DNA from: Leptospira sp.
GTDB lineage: Bacteria > Spirochaetota > Leptospiria > Leptospirales > Leptospiraceae
Direction: 5' to 3'
Assembly: GCA_034439575.1 (NCBI GenBank)
Contig: JAWXAQ010000035.1
Span: 130,742-194,741, forward strand
DNA length: 64,000 bases
Part shown: piece after piece, positions 61,035 through 64,000 of the stretch
Numbering within the stretch: position 1 is the first letter of the stretch
How the letters are laid out: each line of letters starts with the position of its first letter
Translations under genes and position numbers: made by a program
Notes under the pieces: generated by a model
Seen by the model: only the letters and a program-made list of their open reading frames with translations
Database searches by the model: none
Told to the model about the DNA's origin: nothing

Positions 61035-61817
61035 ATGAAAAAAATAATCACACTCACATTAGGATTGCTCTTCGCATCCAGCATCAGCGCACAAACTTAC
61101 ACTGTGTTCATACACGGAAAGTCTGACAAAAACCACAACGGTACTAGTTCTACTGACGTAAACAGCTACTGGGGAACCTCTGCAAATACGGTTTCTGGAT
61201 CTAAAATTTTTGTTGGTTATGATGGAACTACTGACCCAAGAACTTATGGAACAGCACGTGCACAAACAAATATCACAACTGCACTCACTAACAATTGCAA
61301 AAGCGGAAAAACTTGTAAAGTGGTATGCCACTCTGCTGGTTGTTATGCGATCGAATTTTGGTTAGCTAACTTAGGTGGGACTGCTTCTTCTAAAGGTTTT
61401 GGAATCACAAAAGTAACTGCACTTGCAGCGGCTTCAGGTGGATCTGAACTAGCATCTGCATTAAACGGAGCTACTTTTGGTTTCGCAGGAAATGCAATGG
61501 ACAAAGCACTGATCGTATCAACAGCTCGTGGTGCGTTTAACCATAATAATACTGGTGGCGTTACCATTCACCATGTTCCTGGTTACAAAGGTGCATTCGG
61601 ACCTTCGGCAATCCTTCCGGGTGAAGATGATTACGCTGTCGCATATCACTCATCATGTGGTTATAACAGATCTGGTGGACTTGATAAATGCCAATCTTCT
61701 ATTGTTAGCGGAAGCACAACTTACACACAATACAGTGGTCACGTGAGAGCGGCATCTTTAACAGCAACTGGTCTATACAAAAACCACAGCGAAATTAAGA
61801 ACGAAGGAACTCGTTAA
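61035..61817 (+). CDS. Secreted alpha/beta-hydrolase-like protein
   Basis: Signal peptide; VFIHG oxyanion-like motif; CHSAG nucleophile elbow; GGSELA; EDDYAV. Confidence 0.7.
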   Translation: MKKIITLTLGLLFASSISAQTYTVFIHGKSDKNHNGTSSTDVNSYWGTSANTVSGSKIFVGYDGTTDPRTYGTARAQTNITTALTNNCKSGKTCKVVCHSAGCYAIEFWLANLGGTASSKGFGITKVTALAAASGGSELASALNGATFGFAGNAMDKALIVSTARGAFNHNNTGGVTIHHVPGYKGAFGPSAILPGEDDYAVAYHSSCGYNRSGGLDKCQSSIVSGSTTYTQYSGHVRAASLTATGLYKNHSEIKNEGTR

Positions 61818-61838
61818 TTTTTTAATCTTTACACCTTC

Positions 61839-61870
61839 AAATGGTTGGCGATAAGCCAGCCATTTTTTTT
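61839..61870 (+). terminator. Intrinsic terminator
   Basis: aaatggttggc...gccagccattt stem (one G:U) plus long T-run. Confidence 0.85.
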
Positions 61871-61954
61871 ATACAAACTCTTCTGCTTCAGCTCTGTTAA
61901 TAATAAATTCAGAAAATTTTACGGTAGGGAAAACTCTTTTGATTCTTGGATGAT

Positions 61955-61981
61955 AAAAATCCTCCCCTGGAAAGAGGAGGG
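61955..61981 (-). terminator. Probable terminator of the YidB-like gene
   Basis: GC-rich hairpin cctcccct/agaggagg followed by a T-run on the minus strand. Confidence 0.55.
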
Positions 61982-61986
61982 AAAAA

Positions 61987-62388
61987 CTATTTTAAAAACA
62001 TGGAAGCGAGAGAAGTTAGTTGGCTTGCTACATCATCTTTCGGTTCATTTCCATCTGGCGAAAGTTTATCAATCACTAGTGGCAATAAATTACTCACTAA
62101 ACCAGCAGTTGATTCTGGATCCATACCCACTTTACTTGCAAGATCACCAATACTATCTTTGCCTAAAACTTTTAGAACATCGTCAGCCCCGATGCTTGCA
62201 TTCTCACCCTTTCCCACCCAGGAAGATGCTACGTCTGTGAATCCCTTATCTTTAAACTTTTGAACCAATCCAGAGACGCCACCATTGTCCTCGACGATCT
62301 TTTTAATACCTTCGATGATTTGGGGATTGTTTTGGACTAGGTCAACCGCTTGTGCCGCTACCGCTTTTAGACTTTCAAATATACTCAT
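61987..62388 (-). CDS. YidB/DUF937 family protein
   Basis: GGVSGLVQKF...SSWVGKGEN...LLPLVIDKLSPDG. Confidence 0.85.
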   Translation of the reverse strand: MSIFESLKAVAAQAVDLVQNNPQIIEGIKKIVEDNGGVSGLVQKFKDKGFTDVASSWVGKGENASIGADDVLKVLGKDSIGDLASKVGMDPESTAGLVSNLLPLVIDKLSPDGNEPKDDVASQLTSLASMFLK

Positions 62389-62548
62389 TCCCCAATCTTA
62401 AAAACGGGAAGTATTTTTTAAAAGGTGTTTTTTGAGAACAAAATTGCTTTTTGTCCATTTACCAAACCAAAGAAATCATAAAACAGAGACTTGACTTTTA
62501 ACTCTTTCCGAACAAATATATTTCTGTTCGCGGTCTATTGGGTTAAAT

Positions 62549-63148
62549 ATGAAAACAATCATCTTAATATTACTTTTATCATTCTTAAAAATGCCACTCT
62601 CAGCTGATGCACTCTCAGATTCCTATTTGTTTGAAAGTAAGGGTGAATACAATAAGGCCTTTAACGCACTCGAACCAAAAAGTTTAGAATCATCCAATGA
62701 CTATTTCATACAACTACGAATGGGTTGGCTCGCCTTACTGAAAGCCGATTATCCAAAATCTAGTTCCTTTTACCAAAAAGCCACTCTCCTCGCACCTAAC
62801 GCAATCGAACCTAGAATAGGGAATGTCAGAGCCCTTCTCGCTCTTGGACAATACAAACAAGTAGAAGTAGCTTGCAAAACAATTCTCAAACAAGATTCAA
62901 AAAATTATTTCGCACGAAGTAGCTTGGCTTATACTTATTATGTTTTGTCCAATTTTTCCGAAGCAGAAAAATACTATGATTCGATAGTCGATGATTATCC
63001 TGCAGATACGGAAATGTTAATAGGCCTTGGTTGGTCACTATTAAAACAAAATAAAAAAGACAAAGCAAAAGAAGTTTTTGATAAACTTATAAAAATCATT
63101 CCAAAGGAAGAAAGAGTCTCATCTGGCGCTTATTATGCGACCCATTAA
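62549..63148 (+). CDS. Exported TPR protein
   Basis: Signal peptide; TPR repeats (LRMGWL, LGWSLL). Confidence 0.82.
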   Translation: MKTIILILLLSFLKMPLSADALSDSYLFESKGEYNKAFNALEPKSLESSNDYFIQLRMGWLALLKADYPKSSSFYQKATLLAPNAIEPRIGNVRALLALGQYKQVEVACKTILKQDSKNYFARSSLAYTYYVLSNFSEAEKYYDSIVDDYPADTEMLIGLGWSLLKQNKKDKAKEVFDKLIKIIPKEERVSSGAYYATH

Positions 63149-64000
63149 TTTAATTTTTATAATTTTATTAATATTCTCCTGTCATTTACCTATCGAGAAA
63201 AAACTTACAATAAGAATCGGGGTTCCGAAAGAAATCGCTCATGCTTCAATATGGATAGCGAAACAAAAAAATTTTCTAAAAGAAATAAATTTAGATATCG
63301 TAATTGATTCTCAAAATAATTTGAATTCATTCTATAAGAATGGAAAATTGGATCTCATTTGTACGACACTCACCGAACCTATATTATATACTGCTGAAGG
63401 AAGAGATTCTAAAATCATTTTTAGATTTAGTTATACTTCGGGAAATGACGTTCTGATCTCGAACTCAAAAATTAAAAATATTCATCAGTTAAAAAAGAAA
63501 ATCATTTCGTTTGATGGTGTGAATTCTTCTTCTCATATCTTTGTCGAAGAAATTTTAAGAAAAAATCAAATCAATGAGGGCAATTATTATACAAAGAATA
63601 TCTCAAAAAACAAAGTGCTAGAAGAGTTACTAGCTGGAAAAATAGACGCAGGTCATACCCACATTCGATATCTTTCTGATAAAAAAGGCTATTTTAATAT
63701 TTTAGCTAAGTCATCAGAAATTCCAGATTTAGTTACCGAAGTGTTAGTCGGTAATACTAATTTCCTGAATGAAAATAAAAAACAAATAAAATATTTGTTG
63801 AATGGTTTATCTTTGGCAAATGATTACATCAAAGAAAACCCTAGTGAAAGTGCAGAACTATTAGAAAATATTTTTTTGACACCGAAAGATCAAATTTATA
63901 AAGAATTAGGTTCGATACGATTTCTATCCAAAGAAGAAAATATACAAACCCTTAATTCATCGTTTAATGTTATGTTGGCGAACGAAAATACTTTGGTAAA
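63135..64000 (+). CDS. ABC-type (NMT1/SsuA-like) substrate-binding lipoprotein, runs off the window
   Basis: Hand translation from ATG 63135: MRPINLIFIILLIFSC...LTIRIGVP...IWIAKQKNF...SGNDVLI...IKNIHQLKKK...GKIDAG; missing from the ORF track because it has no stop in the window. Confidence 0.72.
   Translation, partial: MRPINLIFIILLIFSCHLPIEKKLTIRIGVPKEIAHASIWIAKQKNFLKEINLDIVIDSQNNLNSFYKNGKLDLICTTLTEPILYTAEGRDSKIIFRFSYTSGNDVLISNSKIKNIHQLKKKIISFDGVNSSSHIFVEEILRKNQINEGNYYTKNISKNKVLEELLAGKIDAGHTHIRYLSDKKGYFNILAKSSEIPDLVTEVLVGNTNFLNENKKQIKYLLNGLSLANDYIKENPSESAELLENIFLTPKDQIYKELGSIRFLSKEENIQTLNSSFNVMLANENTLV

Overview
AT-rich bacterial chromosomal window that reads as a Leptospira, probably a saprophytic species. 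Evidence: spiro-SPASM gene, DUF1554/Len-like and Ig-repeat lipoproteins, spirochaete-type lipoboxes, and tmRNA tag ANNEFALAA. The taxon is inferred from gene content, not from a database search. Positions 1-52 kb are mostly housekeeping and envelope genes: fatty acid desaturase, lysC, a SurA-like/spiro-SPASM/SpsF-like/TPR operon, pntAB-pntB, purF-queD-queC, rnd, a cNMP/STAS/adenylate cyclase cluster, gmd, a porin, DUF1549/1553 plus DUF1501, a Zn-ribbon/SPFH/PrsW operon, patatin, MATE, adenosine deaminase, ktrBA, exbB-exbD-exbD-tonB, a phasin-like gene, malic enzyme, glpF and an orphan motB. A tmRNA (52040-52387) is followed by an accessory-looking region with no integrase. The strongest unexplained signals are: (i) two 95-bp direct repeats just after ssrA that begin with the exact reverse complement of the tmRNA T-arm and bracket a lipoprotein gene plus a structured GC-rich segment; (ii) twin perfect 15-bp palindromes resembling PhaR operators in front of a phasin-like gene; (iii) a planctomycete-type DUF1549/DUF1553 cytochrome plus DUF1501 pair; (iv) a Zn-ribbon/SPFH/PrsW envelope-stress-like operon without pspA; (v) the radical SAM plus nucleotide-sugar operon. 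No CRISPR array, transposase, integrase, rRNA or tRNA was found. All family calls come from recognising motifs by eye.
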